A DNA stretch of 64,000 nucleotides from the NCBI GenBank assembly GCA_963703315.1, contig OY969811.1, positions 1,088,001-1,152,000 on the forward strand. The letters are read 5' to 3'. Shown here piece by piece: positions 62,988-64,000 of this stretch. Numbering within the stretch: the stretch's first letter is position 1; the number at the start of each line of letters is the position of its first letter. Both the position numbers and the translations under genes were made by a program. The notes beneath the pieces were generated by a model, which made no database searches, had not been told where the DNA came from, and worked only from the letters and a program-made list of their open reading frames with translations. This DNA is from an uncultured cyanobacterium (lineage in GTDB: Bacteria > Cyanobacteriota > Cyanobacteriia > Pseudanabaenales > Pseudanabaenaceae).

Positions 62988-64000
62988 ATGAAACTAACAT
63001 TACAGCCATCAAAGTTAAAACAAAAAAAGATTGGCTTTCCCTCATCGATATTACAGTTAGGAACCAAACAAAATTCAATTAATCAACAATTTATTTCTCC
63101 ATGGGTATGGGGACTTTTTATTGTTAGTATTGCAACTTTTATAGCTTGTACTTTTATAGCTTTAAATCGTCCAACTTTATTGCCTTTTCAAATAGTTAAT
63201 CCCCTAGTATTCCGACCTTTGCCTGAGTTTTTGAGTCTGCCCCTATCCTTCGACGATATCCTGATACCAGCGATCGCGATCGCTGCCTTTTGTTTAGCAT
63301 TAATTCATATACCTGCAAATAACTTTACTCGGCTCATTGCTCATACAGTAATTAGTATTTTGGCAATTCGTTATTTGGTATGGCGAGCCACAGTTACACT
63401 GAATACGGCGCACTGGTTGAGTGTGATCGTAAGTGTGATTTTACTGATCAATGAACTTGTCTGGATCGGTAGTTATGTTTTGTATCTTTTTCAGACAACT
63501 TGGACAACGGAATCTAGACGTAAGAGAGAAGCCGATCGCTATGAACAAGCAGTAATCGAAGGCGAATATTTACCTTCAGTGGATGTATTTATTCCCACCT
63601 ATAAAGAGCCAGATTTTATTGTTCGACGTACAGCGATTGGCTGTCAAGCAATGAATTATCCGAATAAGACTATCTATATTCTCGATGATACGCGCCGTCC
63701 TCATATTCAGAAAATGGCGGAAGAACTTGGCTGTAAATATATTACTCGTCCTAATAATAATCATGCGAAGGCGGGGAATCTCAACAATGCCTTGCCCCAG
63801 ACCGATGGTGAACTGATTACGATCATGGATGCGGATTTTGTCCCTTTTACCAACTTTTTGATGCGAACCGTTGGCTTCTTTCAGAATCCTAAATATGACC
63901 TAGTACAGACCCCTCAATTTTTCTATAACCCTGACTATCATGCTCGAAATCTGGGACTATCTGACAAGATGCCCAATGATATGGAACATTTTTTTGGTCA
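62988..64000 (+). CDS. Cellulose synthase-like GT2 glycosyltransferase (BcsA/XcsA-like), truncated by the window end
   Basis: Hand-translated from ATG 62988 (absent from the ORF track): TM segments, then LPSVDVFIPTYKEP, LDDTRR, HAKAGNLN, MDADFVP, VQTPQFFYNPD. Confidence 0.9.
   Translation, partial: MKLTLQPSKLKQKKIGFPSSILQLGTKQNSINQQFISPWVWGLFIVSIATFIACTFIALNRPTLLPFQIVNPLVFRPLPEFLSLPLSFDDILIPAIAIAAFCLALIHIPANNFTRLIAHTVISILAIRYLVWRATVTLNTAHWLSVIVSVILLINELVWIGSYVLYLFQTTWTTESRRKREADRYEQAVIEGEYLPSVDVFIPTYKEPDFIVRRTAIGCQAMNYPNKTIYILDDTRRPHIQKMAEELGCKYITRPNNNHAKAGNLNNALPQTDGELITIMDADFVPFTNFLMRTVGFFQNPKYDLVQTPQFFYNPDYHARNLGLSDKMPNDMEHFFG

Overview
Chromosomal window from a cyanobacterium: dense HIP1 GCGATCGC octamers, pentapeptide-repeat proteins, an SLH porin and chlorophyll genes. 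The style is Pseudanabaena-like, which is an inference. Most genes are housekeeping: rnc, ABC-F, nadB, tkt, mnmE, pyrD, tamB, gpmI, lysC, lepB x2, cysS, ychF. The points that stand out are these. (1) A chlN-chlB-chlL dark-operative protochlorophyllide reductase operon whose order and N-termini look like the purple-bacterial/marine-picocyanobacterial type. (2) A V4R / phycobiliprotein-like / two-ferredoxin / pseudo-receiver cluster resembling the Synechocystis slr0144-0152 operon. (3) A LOV-containing hybrid kinase next to a REC-GGDEF diguanylate cyclase, with a HlyD + cellulose synthase pair at the right edge. (4) Three small defence-type islets: DUF262+HEPN; a hicB::hicA fusion; and Abi_C + HicAB + patatin with a ~65-bp repeat after two of its gene units. 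(5) Two small ORFs missing from the ORF track, an AtpTheta-like 48-aa protein and a 24-aa ORF with a perfect Shine-Dalgarno in a structured RNA. (6) Several families of palindromic miniature elements, one inserted in frame in mnmE. No tRNA, rRNA, CRISPR array or transposase was recognised. All calls are by eye, without database searches.
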